Shown one piece after another: positions 17,632 to 27,611 of a DNA stretch of 51,992 nt (positions are counted from its first letter, which is position 1; every line of letters starts with the position of its first letter). The stretch is taken from NCBI GenBank assembly GCA_902763855.1, contig CACWTM010000023.1, forward strand, positions 1 through 51,992. The letters run 5' to 3'. Under the pieces are notes generated by a model that saw only the letters and a list, made by a program, of their open reading frames with translations, ran no database searches and was not told the origin of the DNA. This DNA comes from an uncultured Ruminococcus sp. (GTDB lineage: Bacteria; Bacillota; Clostridia; Oscillospirales; Acutalibacteraceae). The position numbers and the translations under genes were made by a program.

Positions 17632-19329
17632 ATGGCTAAACCGAACATCCCGATCTTCTACGCATGCGATGACAACTTTGTCAAATACACGATGGTGTCG
17701 ATCTACTCGCTGATCGAGAACGCCTCGACAGACTGCGACTATACCATCTATATCCTGCATACCTCTATCCGCGAAGAAACCAAGCGTCAGGCGTTGGAGC
17801 TGGAAAAGCCGGGCTTTTCGATCGTATTCACCGACGTAAGCGACCGACTTGCCGCGGTAACAAAAAATCTCCCCGTGCGTGACTACTACTCCAAAGCGAC
17901 CTACTTCCGCCTTTTCATCGCGGATATGTTCCCCGAGCTTGACAAGGCGCTGTATATCGACAGCGATACCGTCATACAGGGCAATATCAGCGAGCTGTAC
18001 CTGACCGAGCTGGGCGACTACTGGCTTGGAGCCTGTCACGAACAAGCGATGGTGCAGGCGGATCACTACGGCACCTATGCCGAGAGCGTCGTCGGCGTAT
18101 CGCGCTACAATTTCTTCAACGCCGGCGTTCTGCTGATTAACTGCACGCGTTCCAGAGAGAGCGGACTGCTCAAAAAGTTTGCTGAGCGTCTTGCTGAGTA
18201 CGATTTTGTTGTCACGCAGGACGAGGACTACCTCAACCTGATCTGTAAGGATCACATCCTCTGGCTCGACCAGAGGTGGAATACCGAGGTCTACTGTAAG
18301 TTTGACTATCCGATCGAGGAAGCGAAGATCATCCACTACATCATGACTTCCAAGCCGTGGCACTATGCCGACTGTGTCGGCGGAGACATCTTCTGGCGTT
18401 ACGCTGAGAAAACCTCCGCGTATCCCGCCTTAAAAGAGGAGCTTGACAGCTATACCGACGAGGAACGCTCCCGCGACGAACAGGTAATGTTCAACCTGGT
18501 GGAGCTTGCCAAACAGGAGACAGAGCGCGACGATAACTATCAGCGTCAGCTCAACAGCTCCGTCCGCGCCAAGGATCGCGTCGAGATCCTCGAGAAGATC
18601 AAGCGCTATGAACGCGAGGGACGCTTCTCTGAGGACGTCGAGGACGATCCGCCCTCACGCACCCTCATGCCCGACGAGATCAAATACGGCACCAAGGGGA
18701 TCAAAAAGCGCGTCAAAAGCAAGCTTGCCTTCGCCGCGGCAAGATACTTTGTCAACTCGCTGATCGACGATAAAAAGCTGATTATCAAGGAAATCAAAGG
18801 GATCGAGAACTTCAAGAACCTCAACACCGGCGCGATTATCACCTGCAACCACTTCAACGCCTTTGACAGCTTTGCCATCCAGCTGGCGTATGACGCCGCC
18901 GAACAGCCCAACCGCCGTTTCTACCGCGTTATCCGCGAGGGCAACTACACCTCCTTCCCCGGATTCTACGGCTTTTTGATGCGCAACTGCGACACCCTAC
19001 CCCTGTCCTCTAACCTTGGCACAATGAAAAAATTCATGCTGGCTGTGGACGAGCTTCTGGGAGAGGGTCACTACATCCTCGTCTATCCCGAGCAGTCGAT
19101 GTGGTGGAACTATCGCAAGCCCAAGCCCCTCAAAAACGGCGCTTACATCTTTGCCTACCGCAACAACGTCCCTGTGCTGCCGTGCTTCATCACGATGAAG
19201 GACTCTGATATCATGGGAGAGCTGGGCGTCAAGGATATGCTGGACAAAAACTACAACCTCTGGAAAGAAATCTACGAACGCGAGTATCAAATGCCGCTCG
19301 TCTACGAAACAGAGAATCCCGAAAAATAG
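17632..19329 (+). CDS. GT8 glycosyltransferase fused to a PlsC-type acyltransferase
   Basis: YIDSD, FNAGV, QDEDYLN, IIHY..KPW; then NHFNAFD, YPEQ. Confidence 0.85.
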   Translation: MAKPNIPIFYACDDNFVKYTMVSIYSLIENASTDCDYTIYILHTSIREETKRQALELEKPGFSIVFTDVSDRLAAVTKNLPVRDYYSKATYFRLFIADMFPELDKALYIDSDTVIQGNISELYLTELGDYWLGACHEQAMVQADHYGTYAESVVGVSRYNFFNAGVLLINCTRSRESGLLKKFAERLAEYDFVVTQDEDYLNLICKDHILWLDQRWNTEVYCKFDYPIEEAKIIHYIMTSKPWHYADCVGGDIFWRYAEKTSAYPALKEELDSYTDEERSRDEQVMFNLVELAKQETERDDNYQRQLNSSVRAKDRVEILEKIKRYEREGRFSEDVEDDPPSRTLMPDEIKYGTKGIKKRVKSKLAFAAARYFVNSLIDDKKLIIKEIKGIENFKNLNTGAIITCNHFNAFDSFAIQLAYDAAEQPNRRFYRVIREGNYTSFPGFYGFLMRNCDTLPLSSNLGTMKKFMLAVDELLGEGHYILVYPEQSMWWNYRKPKPLKNGAYIFAYRNNVPVLPCFITMKDSDIMGELGVKDMLDKNYNLWKEIYEREYQMPLVYETENPEK

Positions 19330-19383
19330 CCGCTCCCCCATCGGCTTCGGTATCAGCCGAAATATTATTACAGAAAGAAACAA

Positions 19384-19420
19384 CGGCACGGCCCAAACAC
19401 TTGGACTGTGCCGCTTTTTT
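19384..19420 (+). terminator. Rho-independent terminator
   Basis: CGGCACGG..CTGTGCCG followed by a T-tract. Confidence 0.6.
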
Positions 19421-19428
19421 ATCAGATT

Positions 19429-19575
19429 ATACTAAGTTTCCATTAAACGCTTTAACAAATTTATTAACGGAAAATTTCGTAGAACGAGGCGGACGACGCA
19501 GACAGGCTGGCGCCTGTCAAGGAGGTACGGAATTTAACGCAATAAATGTTAAAGTGTTTTAATGAAACTTAGTAT
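19429..19575. mobile_element. MITE-like element, copy 1 (147 bp)
   Basis: Terminal IR ATACTAAGTTTC..ATTAAA / TTTAATGAAACTTAGTAT; homologous to 37982-38239. Confidence 0.7.
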
Positions 19576-20072
19576 TAAGTATTCAGCTCTTTGCTTTCAA
19601 ACGCTTGGTCGCTAACCTGCGTTTCCGGAGCGTGGATGAACTGAGTAAGGTTATCACAGCCGCCGAACGCCCATGCATAGACCTTTTTCAGCCCCTTACC
19701 GCAGACAACCTTTTTCAGGTTCTTACAGTCCTTGAACGCAAAGGGCGGGAGGGTCACAAGATGATCGGGGAGAGTAATCTCTTCTATGCCGCAGCGCACA
19801 AAGGTATAGCCCCACAGACTGCTCAGCGCACGAGGCAGTTTCAAGGAAGTCAGCTTGTCACAGCCGTCAAAGATAAACTCGCCCATATCAGTCACCGTGT
19901 CGGGAATATGAACAGATTCGATCTCGCCGTGGCCGCTGAACACACCGTCGCCGATGATAGTAACAGGCGCTCTGCCGTAGCTGTCGGGGATCGTGACATG
20001 TGCTTCGTCACCGGTATAGCCCGTGATACAATAGGTGCCGTCCTCTAACGGCTTATAAAAAAATTCCTGCAT
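19575..20072 (-). CDS. BspA-type leucine-rich repeat (LRR_5) protein
   Basis: IPDTVTDMGEFIFDGC-type repeats. Confidence 0.8.
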   Translation of the reverse strand: MQEFFYKPLEDGTYCITGYTGDEAHVTIPDSYGRAPVTIIGDGVFSGHGEIESVHIPDTVTDMGEFIFDGCDKLTSLKLPRALSSLWGYTFVRCGIEEITLPDHLVTLPPFAFKDCKNLKKVVCGKGLKKVYAWAFGGCDNLTQFIHAPETQVSDQAFESKELNT

Positions 20073-20102
20073 AATACACCTTTAGATTGATAGATCGTTG
20101 CG

Positions 20103-20954
20103 TCAGAACGATGAAGAACCGCCGCCACCGCCACCGGATGACGAACCGCCTCCGCCGCCTCCCCCACCGCCCGAGGAAGAGGAACCGCCGCTCGAAGAAC
20201 CGCCGGACGCAAAAAATATACGCAGAATGATCAGCAGAACCACCACCCAGCCGCGCGGCTCGGTATCGGTACATCGAACCGACGGCGCCGCCGTCATCAG
20301 ATATCCTGAGCCGACAGCGAAGATATTGCCTTCATTGTGCTTGACAAGGGGGTTGAATCCCCCGGAGAATACGATACCGACAACCAGCACAAACGCGAGC
20401 ATCAGACCAATCACCGCAAAGCTGATGTATTTCATCGGCTCGGCGATACGGTTGCCCTGCAAAACCTGATGAATCTGCGCATATGCCTCTGCGGCACATC
20501 GGTAGTAGTCGCCCGAAGAAGCGTAGCCGCTGACGTTGTCGGTGATCGACCGCGCGTAAGAGCGCGACACCATCGAGTAGATCGCACCGTCAGACTGGAA
20601 GGTAACCTTGCGTACTCTCATATTGATAGCGAAAATACCCGAGCTTTCGTCGCCGTAGAGAGAATAGCGCATCCGTTTTGCCTGGTCGATCTCGTTATAG
20701 GTGTATTCGTCGGTCGACCAAAAGATGATATCGCCGTACTCGGTGATCGGTTTCATCACTTCAACCAACGAGCTTTCCTGCTCTGCGGTCAAAAGATCAT
20801 TGTCATCGCGGATCAGCACCTGAAAACCTGTTTGGGGATTGGTATACTGCGCGTCGTCGCGCTGTGCCGCAAAAGCGCCGCCGCAAAGTACGGACAGCAG
20901 CATGATCGCGAGAAACGCGCAAACCGTCAGCCTGACAAGCTTAGTTTTCATCAT
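20103..20954 (-). CDS. TPM-domain membrane protein with Gly/Ser tail
   Basis: Signal peptide, DDNDLLT..E motif, TM helix, GGGGGGSSSF end. Confidence 0.7.
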   Translation of the reverse strand: MMKTKLVRLTVCAFLAIMLLSVLCGGAFAAQRDDAQYTNPQTGFQVLIRDDNDLLTAEQESSLVEVMKPITEYGDIIFWSTDEYTYNEIDQAKRMRYSLYGDESSGIFAINMRVRKVTFQSDGAIYSMVSRSYARSITDNVSGYASSGDYYRCAAEAYAQIHQVLQGNRIAEPMKYISFAVIGLMLAFVLVVGIVFSGGFNPLVKHNEGNIFAVGSGYLMTAAPSVRCTDTEPRGWVVVLLIILRIFFASGGSSSGGSSSSGGGGGGGGGSSSGGGGGGSSSF

Positions 20955-22302
20955 ACGCCGCCCCCTTCTTTCGGAACTGGGGCGGTTGCCGTTTGGCAAT
21001 CTCCGCCTGAAAGCGGATATGGCTGAGCATCATCCAAAACAACTCGCCCGCCATCACAAGACAGCCGAGGTAGGAGATCGCGTTATACGCCGGGTCAAGA
21101 AACGCCGTGACTGCACCGATGACAACCGTACCGATCACCACAAGCAGCCGTATCATGTCCTGCTTTTTAAACCGCTTGGCTTCGTCCGTGTCGATCAGCC
21201 CTGTCTTCTTATTCACCGCGAGCGAGAAATTGTGCCGCAGGATAATCGTGCCCAGAATCAGCAGGATAATGCTGACGATCAGCGCGACATTCGCTTTGAT
21301 CGAGGGCAGGAAGAAGAATGCGCCGATCGTCAAAAGTCCCGTCAGCAAAACGGTCAGCAGAACCTTCCACGGAGATACGGGCAGATCAGCGGACACCCTT
21401 CCGGTTTGTCCGTTGACGGCGGCATAGGTGATCTTGTCCTTATTGCGGTAACTCATGAACCACACCGGATACAACACGCGGTGCGCCGCGGTGATGCGGG
21501 TCGGCACGCGTGTTTTCGCGTCGTCGATCTTCATCACGGAAGCGCCGTGGTTTGCCTTTGCGACACTCTTGCTGTGCGAGATCAGCCGCGCAGAGTGATC
21601 CTTCATGCTGTCGACGCCTTTTTGGTCATAGTCGTGGGCGTCCACATCGCCGATATCGGCATAAAAACCGCTGAGATAACCCGGCGCGAACGGTCGGTGG
21701 CCGGTCGGATCAAAAGGCGCGATATCCTCGCTGATACGGTCGTCAAAACCGCGCGAGGCGTCATGTCCGTAGCCCTCGAGCTTTGCGTCAATATTGCCCC
21801 TGATCTCGTAAAAGCTTCGCGCAAAAGCGCCTTTTTTGTCACCCTTGACAGTGAAAGCACCCTGCTGTACCGCGTCGTAGCACCAGTACGGCATGTAGAT
21901 ACCGCGAAACCCCTCGATCAGCTGCGGATCGCGGTAGCGTTTGGAGACAAACGGATTGTTTTTGACCTCTTTGACATAGAGCTCCTTGCACTGTTCTTTT
22001 GTGATCTGAAACGGTATCACATATTCAGGCTCCCACTGACGGTGGATCCTGTCAAACAGCATCGACGCGCCGCCGCAAAACGGACAAAAGCCGACAGCGT
22101 CGTTTTTATCGGTTGTCAACAGCTCACCGCCGCAGGAAGGACAGGTAAAAACATAGGAGTCAAACATCGGCTGACCCTGTGCTTCTTTATCGGTGATACG
22201 GGTCGAGTCGGGATCATACCTGCCGTCACAGGAAGGACAGACCATCATCTGTGACGCGATATCAAATCGCAGACCCGCTCCGCATCCGGGACAGTGGATC
22301 AT
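20941..22302 (-). CDS. Zinc-ribbon membrane protein
   Basis: Four CxxC pairs, PFQIT, YMPYW, YPVW, VNGQTG, four C-terminal TM helices. Confidence 0.7.
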   Translation of the reverse strand: MIHCPGCGAGLRFDIASQMMVCPSCDGRYDPDSTRITDKEAQGQPMFDSYVFTCPSCGGELLTTDKNDAVGFCPFCGGASMLFDRIHRQWEPEYVIPFQITKEQCKELYVKEVKNNPFVSKRYRDPQLIEGFRGIYMPYWCYDAVQQGAFTVKGDKKGAFARSFYEIRGNIDAKLEGYGHDASRGFDDRISEDIAPFDPTGHRPFAPGYLSGFYADIGDVDAHDYDQKGVDSMKDHSARLISHSKSVAKANHGASVMKIDDAKTRVPTRITAAHRVLYPVWFMSYRNKDKITYAAVNGQTGRVSADLPVSPWKVLLTVLLTGLLTIGAFFFLPSIKANVALIVSIILLILGTIILRHNFSLAVNKKTGLIDTDEAKRFKKQDMIRLLVVIGTVVIGAVTAFLDPAYNAISYLGCLVMAGELFWMMLSHIRFQAEIAKRQPPQFRKKGAAYDEN

Positions 22303-22325
22303 AACAGAAACTCCTTTCCGAATAA

Positions 22326-22362
22326 AGGCAATACCGCACCGTCAAGGTGTGCGGTATTGCCT
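22326..22362. terminator. Hairpin downstream of the YdcF-like gene
   Basis: AGGCAATACCGCAC/GTGCGGTATTGCCT. Confidence 0.6.
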
Positions 22363-22382
22363 AAATCATCAATTAAATCAAT

Positions 22383-23870
22383 TTATCTGACAAAGAGTAT
22401 GCCGATCGCGATCAGAACGATGAAGAGGATGATGCCGACGTGGCGCACCTTTTCTTCGTTCAAGAGACCGAGAAACTCTCTGAGAAATGCGTTGGGGAAG
22501 AAATACCACTTGGTCTTTGTAGGGATACCCTCTGCCTTGAAACCGTTTTTCAGAGACAGGACATAGCCGCGGAAAATATGATAATTGGTAGTGGAAAAAG
22601 CGATCTTTTTATTCTCAAAGTCGTCGGTGGACTTTTCGATCACCTCGCGGGCGAATTTCAGATTCTCTTTGGTGTTTGTGCTCTTATCTTCTTTTAGGAT
22701 AAACTCAGGCTTCACGCCCTGCTCCTGAAGATAGTTCGCCATCGCCTCTGCCTCGGACATGATCTCGTCGCTGCCCTGACCTCCGGCAGGGACAAAAGTC
22801 GCCTGTTTGCCGGTGGCTTTCAGCTGACGCTTCGCAAATGACAGCGCGCTGTCGACCCTGCCCTTGAGCAGCGGGGTCAGACCGCCGTCGCGGCGGATCG
22901 CGCAGCCGAGGATGACAATATAGTCGCGGTCATAGGGCGGCGTATGGTTAGCCGCCATGGAAGCGCATACGACGATCGAAACGAACATGCACTCAAAGTA
23001 AGCGATGACAAAGCTCAGGATGTAACGGATCGCGGACAAGGTTGTCGAGCCGTAAAACAGCGTACCGAACGGACCGAAGTTCAGCGTAAAGAGCAGCACG
23101 ACCAGCCATACAGCGCTGATAATGATGCCGAGCATGTTGACAGGACGGAAGCCCTCGCGACGGATCAAAGCGATGTTGCTGATCGTGACCGCGATCGCTA
23201 GGATCAGCATCGGAACGAACATCAGCAAGCAAAGCCATCTGCCGGTCTGCGTAATCAGGAAGACCAGATCGGTAAAGCTGTTCAATACATTGTTGAGCAG
23301 CTTGTAGATCACGACCGCCAGCAAAACAAAGATATATAGGGATACACCGCCGTAAGCAACCATCTTGTATGAATAATTGTTTTTGCGGAAAGCCTCGATA
23401 AACGAACCGATCATGATAGCCAGCATGATTCCCATCATGCAGAGGAAGGCATAGGTCAGGAACTTATAGCCGCGGAAGTTAATACTGCCGTCGCGGTGTT
23501 CAATGATCGTTCCCATCACGTTGACAGAAAACTGCGTTTTGAATGTGATAACGTCGCCGTTGGTTTTGGCGGTAAACTCTGCGTCGATATCGCCGGACTC
23601 GTCCGACTCGAGATACAGGATAATCTGACCGTCTTTGTCAAGCTTGAAGTCGTTCAAAATTACGATATCATCCTTGCTGCACGACATGAGGACTTCGTTC
23701 ACGGTTGTGTCGGGGGTAACGTAAACAGAACTTCTCATCACATAGTGGTCGCCGACGTAATCGACATAGGCGAGGGACGCGAGGATGAAAATCACCAGCA
23801 TCAGATTGAGGAAAATAAAACGTTTTTTAAACCTGCGCGGTTTTTTGACTTTTTCTTTTTCTTTTCTCAT
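22383..23870 (-). CDS. YdcF/DUF218 (ElyC/SanA-like) membrane protein
   Basis: VILGC, GGQGSDE..SEA, EDKSTNTKEN, TNYHIFR, AFLRE; several TM helices. Confidence 0.8.
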   Translation of the reverse strand: MRKEKEKVKKPRRFKKRFIFLNLMLVIFILASLAYVDYVGDHYVMRSSVYVTPDTTVNEVLMSCSKDDIVILNDFKLDKDGQIILYLESDESGDIDAEFTAKTNGDVITFKTQFSVNVMGTIIEHRDGSINFRGYKFLTYAFLCMMGIMLAIMIGSFIEAFRKNNYSYKMVAYGGVSLYIFVLLAVVIYKLLNNVLNSFTDLVFLITQTGRWLCLLMFVPMLILAIAVTISNIALIRREGFRPVNMLGIIISAVWLVVLLFTLNFGPFGTLFYGSTTLSAIRYILSFVIAYFECMFVSIVVCASMAANHTPPYDRDYIVILGCAIRRDGGLTPLLKGRVDSALSFAKRQLKATGKQATFVPAGGQGSDEIMSEAEAMANYLQEQGVKPEFILKEDKSTNTKENLKFAREVIEKSTDDFENKKIAFSTTNYHIFRGYVLSLKNGFKAEGIPTKTKWYFFPNAFLREFLGLLNEEKVRHVGIILFIVLIAIGILFVR

Positions 23871-24073
23871 ATGCTCCTCCGTTCTCCCGTACCGAGTCAT
23901 TGACCGGTACGCATATTCAGACATCGTTATTGTAACATTTTTCGATCTAAGATTCAACCCACACAACAATGAAATTTTCACATACTTTTCACATTGACAT
24001 CAAATGCACTTCATATAGAGGCGTTATCCTATAGTCAAAGAAATAAATTACCCTATGACAGGAGGCAAACACC

Positions 24074-25513
24074 ATGAAAAAAGTTCACAGAAAATCAACG
24101 TTGAAGATCGCGTCTGTCCTGATGGCGGCGGCGATGACGGCATCCTTTGCGGCATGCGGTGCGGGTAACTCCTCTGAGACAACCGCACAATCAGCAACGC
24201 CCGACACAGCGAGTGAAGCGGTTCTCGCCACAACAGCCGAATCCGGCAAAAAACCGCTTTCCGCGAACGATATCACCATCAACGATACCATCGAGAACAG
24301 CGCAAACGGCGAACACGCGATCCTCGCCGACAACGAAACCGCAAGCTACAGTAATACAAAGGTCGTCAAAACCGGCGACAGCGACAGCGGCGATGAAGCT
24401 GACTTCTACGGCGACAACGCGGCGATCTTTGCCACAAACGGAGCGACTCTCAGCCTCTCCGATATGGTGGTTGACACCTCCGGCAAGCACGCCAACGCCG
24501 TTTTCAGCTACGGAGAGGGCACAACCGTCAACGTCAGCGACAGCTACATCACCACCTCGGGCAACTGCTCGGGCGGTATCATGACGACCGGCGTCGGCAC
24601 GATGAACGCAAAGAACCTCACCATCGAAACCTCCGGCAACTCCTCAGCGGCGATCCGATCCGACCGCGGCGGCGGTGACGTCAACGTCAGCGGCGGCAGT
24701 TATACAACCTCGGGTACCGGATCGCCGGTTATCTACTCGACCGCCGATATCACCGTGGATAACGCGACGCTTACCTCCACCGCCTCACAGGGAGTCGTGG
24801 TCGAGGGCAAGAACAGCGTCACGCTGAACAACGTCACCCTGAACGCCGACAACAACAAGAAAAACAGCGACAAATCCGCCTACTATCAGGCGGTGATGAT
24901 CTACCAGAGCATGTCCGGCGACGCTGCAGAGGGCACCTCGTCCTTTGAGATGAACGGCGGTACGCTCACAAACGCCAACGGCGACATCTTCTTTGTCAAC
25001 AACACCGCAACCGAGATCAAGCTAAGCGAAGCGAACATCGTCAACAACGACAGTGACGGCGTATTCCTCAGAGCCGCCGCGGCAGGATGGGGCAGCGAAG
25101 GCAAAAACGGCGGTCAGGTCAGCCTGTACGCCGCAAAGCAAACCATCAACGGCGATATGATCGTCGACGATGTCTCAAATCTCAACCTCTGCCTCAAAGA
25201 CAGCTCTGTGTTTAACGGCGCGATCAACTCTGACGGTCAGGCGGGCGAGGTCTATGTCGAACTCAGCGGCGGTTCCAAGTGGGTGCTGACCGGCGACAGC
25301 TACATCACCTCTCTGACCTGTGACGCAGACAGCATCGACCTCAACGGTCATACCCTTTACGTCAACGGCGTCGCCTACACCGCGGGCTCTGCTTCAACAG
25401 GCGAATCCATCGCGGTCGTCTCCACAGGCGGTCACAGCGGCGACGCTCCCGACAAGCCCGGCGAGGGCGGCGATCACAACGACGGCGGCACACCTCCCGC
25501 AAAGCCCGACTGA
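24074..25513 (+). CDS. Lipoprotein with beta-helix (adhesin/autotransporter-passenger-like) repeats
   Basis: Lipobox FAAC; T/S/G/N-rich repeats; SKWVLTGDSYITSL. Confidence 0.65.
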   Translation: MKKVHRKSTLKIASVLMAAAMTASFAACGAGNSSETTAQSATPDTASEAVLATTAESGKKPLSANDITINDTIENSANGEHAILADNETASYSNTKVVKTGDSDSGDEADFYGDNAAIFATNGATLSLSDMVVDTSGKHANAVFSYGEGTTVNVSDSYITTSGNCSGGIMTTGVGTMNAKNLTIETSGNSSAAIRSDRGGGDVNVSGGSYTTSGTGSPVIYSTADITVDNATLTSTASQGVVVEGKNSVTLNNVTLNADNNKKNSDKSAYYQAVMIYQSMSGDAAEGTSSFEMNGGTLTNANGDIFFVNNTATEIKLSEANIVNNDSDGVFLRAAAAGWGSEGKNGGQVSLYAAKQTINGDMIVDDVSNLNLCLKDSSVFNGAINSDGQAGEVYVELSGGSKWVLTGDSYITSLTCDADSIDLNGHTLYVNGVAYTAGSASTGESIAVVSTGGHSGDAPDKPGEGGDHNDGGTPPAKPD

Positions 25514-25564
25514 TTTTTGATTCTATCCATTACCACTTTCTTTTTCATGATAACTTCTTTACCG

Positions 25565-25600
25565 CAGCGACAGCCATCCCGCAAAGGATGGCTGTCGCTG
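25565..25600. terminator. Hairpin between convergent genes
   Basis: 15-bp stem CAGCGACAGCCATCC/GGATGGCTGTCGCTG. Confidence 0.65.
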
Positions 25601-25612
25601 TATCTATCTGCA

Positions 25613-26023
25613 TTATTCCGTGACGGTCTCGCCTGTCCAGTAGATGATCCCGCCGAACTCGACAATATTGGTGTAGCCCATATCCGCAAGCTTCTGCGCC
25701 GCTTCCTTACTGCGCCTGCCGCTGCGGCAATAGACCAGAATCATTTGATCTTTATCGGGCAGTTCGGGGATATCTGCTGAACCGATCGTTTCGTTCGGCA
25801 CGCAAATCGCGTTTGGGATATGACCGCTTTTATACTCTTCCTGCGTGCGCACATCAAGGATGATATATTTCTGCTCCTTTTCCATCATCTCCATCGCTTT
25901 CGAAGAAGAAATCTGCGTATATGCCGTGCTCTTCGGCGCTTCGGTCGCAGTCTGTGAAGCCGCTCCGCACGCCGAAAGCAGTATCATCATCAAGGCCAAC
26001 AAGATAATCACCGGCTTTTTCAT
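25613..26023 (-). CDS. Rhodanese-domain lipoprotein
   Basis: LSAC lipobox, DVRT.EEY..GHIP, YCRSGRRS. Confidence 0.85.
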   Translation of the reverse strand: MKKPVIILLALMMILLSACGAASQTATEAPKSTAYTQISSSKAMEMMEKEQKYIILDVRTQEEYKSGHIPNAICVPNETIGSADIPELPDKDQMILVYCRSGRRSKEAAQKLADMGYTNIVEFGGIIYWTGETVTE

Positions 26024-26024
26024 C

Positions 26025-26483
26025 TTATTCCTCCGTCGTAATTTCATTTAGTATTTCGTCCGCAATCTGAGCCGCCGTTCGACACAGTTCGGGACAGGGG
26101 CGCTTGCGATAATACTCTGCGGTACGCGCTTCGGGATCGCTCCCCTCCTTCGCGCCGCAGCCGCGAAGGAGCTCACGGCAAATGATTGAACCGTTTTTCT
26201 CCCTGAACCGCCGCGCAAATTCCTGTATCAAATGATAGTGGTCAGTCTTCGCCTGTCGGTCATCGGGATCGGCATAACCTTTTGTCAGCCCCAACACCAT
26301 ACAGGCGCCCGATACTGCGCCGCATACCTCGCGCATACGCCCCAGCCCTCCGCCGAAGGAGGACGACAGCATCGCTGCGGTCTTTTCATCCAAGCCTGTC
26401 ACATCCCCGAACGCCAGCAACACGCTCTGGGAGCAGTTATAACCCTGTCGGAACAATTCTTCCGCGCGTGTTCCGTGATCCAT
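26025..26483 (-). CDS. C-GCAxxG-C-C family putative redox protein
   Basis: NCSQS, CGAVSGA, ICREL, C-terminal Cys. Confidence 0.85.
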   Translation of the reverse strand: MDHGTRAEELFRQGYNCSQSVLLAFGDVTGLDEKTAAMLSSSFGGGLGRMREVCGAVSGACMVLGLTKGYADPDDRQAKTDHYHLIQEFARRFREKNGSIICRELLRGCGAKEGSDPEARTAEYYRKRPCPELCRTAAQIADEILNEITTEE

Positions 26484-26598
26484 CCTATCACCTCATTGAT
26501 CTCTTTCCACCATCTTACTATAAAAACGACGCGCCGTCAATCGCCGCATGCAAAAAGGCTCCGAGGAAAACCCCGGAGCCGAGAGAAAGTTTATCAGA

Positions 26599-27606
26599 TT
26601 ACTTGAGGCTGTTCTGGATCGCGACAGCTACCGCGACGGTAGCGCCGACCATGGGGTTGTTGCCCATGCCGAGGAAGCCCATCATCTCAACGTGAGCGGG
26701 AACGGAGGATGAACCCGCAAACTGAGCGTCACTGTGCATACGGCCCATGGTGTCGGTCATGCCGTAGGAAGCGGGACCCGCAGCCATGTTGTCGGGATGC
26801 AGCGTACGGCCTGTACCGCCGCCGGACGCGACGGAGAAGTACTTCTTGCCCTGCTCGTTGCACTCTTTCTTATAAGTGCCGGCGACAGGATGCTGGAAGC
26901 GGGTGGGGTTGGTGGAGTTACCGGTGATGGAAACGTCAACGCCCTCTTTGTGCATGATCGCAACGCCCTCGCGAACGTCATCAGCGCCGTAGCAGCGGAC
27001 GTTAGCGCGCTCGCCGTCGGAGTAAGCGGTCTCCTTGACGATCTTCAGCTCGCCGGTGAAATAATCAAACTGTGTCTGAACATAGGTAAAGCCGTTGATA
27101 CGGGAAATGATCTGAGCCGCGTCTTTGCCCAGACCGTTGAGGATAACGCGCAGCGGCTGCTCACGAACCTTGTTCGCGTTGCGGACGATACCGATCGCGC
27201 CCTCAGCGGCTGCGAAGGACTCGTGGCCCGCGAGGAAAGCGAAGCACTTGGTCTCGTTGGAAAGAAGCATAGCGGCGAGGTTGCCGTGGCCGATACCAAC
27301 CTTGCGGTTCTCGGCAACAGAGCCGTCGATACAGAAGCTCTGCAGACCGATACCGATGTAACGGGCAGCTTCCTCAGCGTTCTTTGCGCCTGCTTTCAGA
27401 GCGATCGCGGCGCCTACACAGTAAGCCCAGCATACGTTCTCGAAGCAGATGGGCTGGATGCCCTTGGCGATCTCGTAGGGATCGAAACCGGCAGCCTGGC
27501 AGATTTCGCGGGCTTCCTCAACGGAGGAGATACCGTACTCGGCGAGAACGCCGTTGATTTTCTCTATACGTCTGTCGTAGTTTTCAAATAAAGCCATACT
27601 GTGCAC
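26599..27606 (-). CDS. GGGtGRT protein
   Basis: SGGGTGRTLHPDN, AGHESFAAAEG. Confidence 0.9.
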   Translation of the reverse strand: MHSMALFENYDRRIEKINGVLAEYGISSVEEAREICQAAGFDPYEIAKGIQPICFENVCWAYCVGAAIALKAGAKNAEEAARYIGIGLQSFCIDGSVAENRKVGIGHGNLAAMLLSNETKCFAFLAGHESFAAAEGAIGIVRNANKVREQPLRVILNGLGKDAAQIISRINGFTYVQTQFDYFTGELKIVKETAYSDGERANVRCYGADDVREGVAIMHKEGVDVSITGNSTNPTRFQHPVAGTYKKECNEQGKKYFSVASGGGTGRTLHPDNMAAGPASYGMTDTMGRMHSDAQFAGSSSVPAHVEMMGFLGMGNNPMVGATVAVAVAIQNSLK

Positions 27607-27611
27607 CTCCC

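Noticed and set aside
20098-20469. Proline-rich ORF on the + strand
   Set aside because: Antisense shadow of the Gly/Ser tail of the TPM protein
20839-22254. 471-aa + strand ORF
   Set aside because: Antisense to the Zn-ribbon gene; GC-rich shadow frame with no motifs
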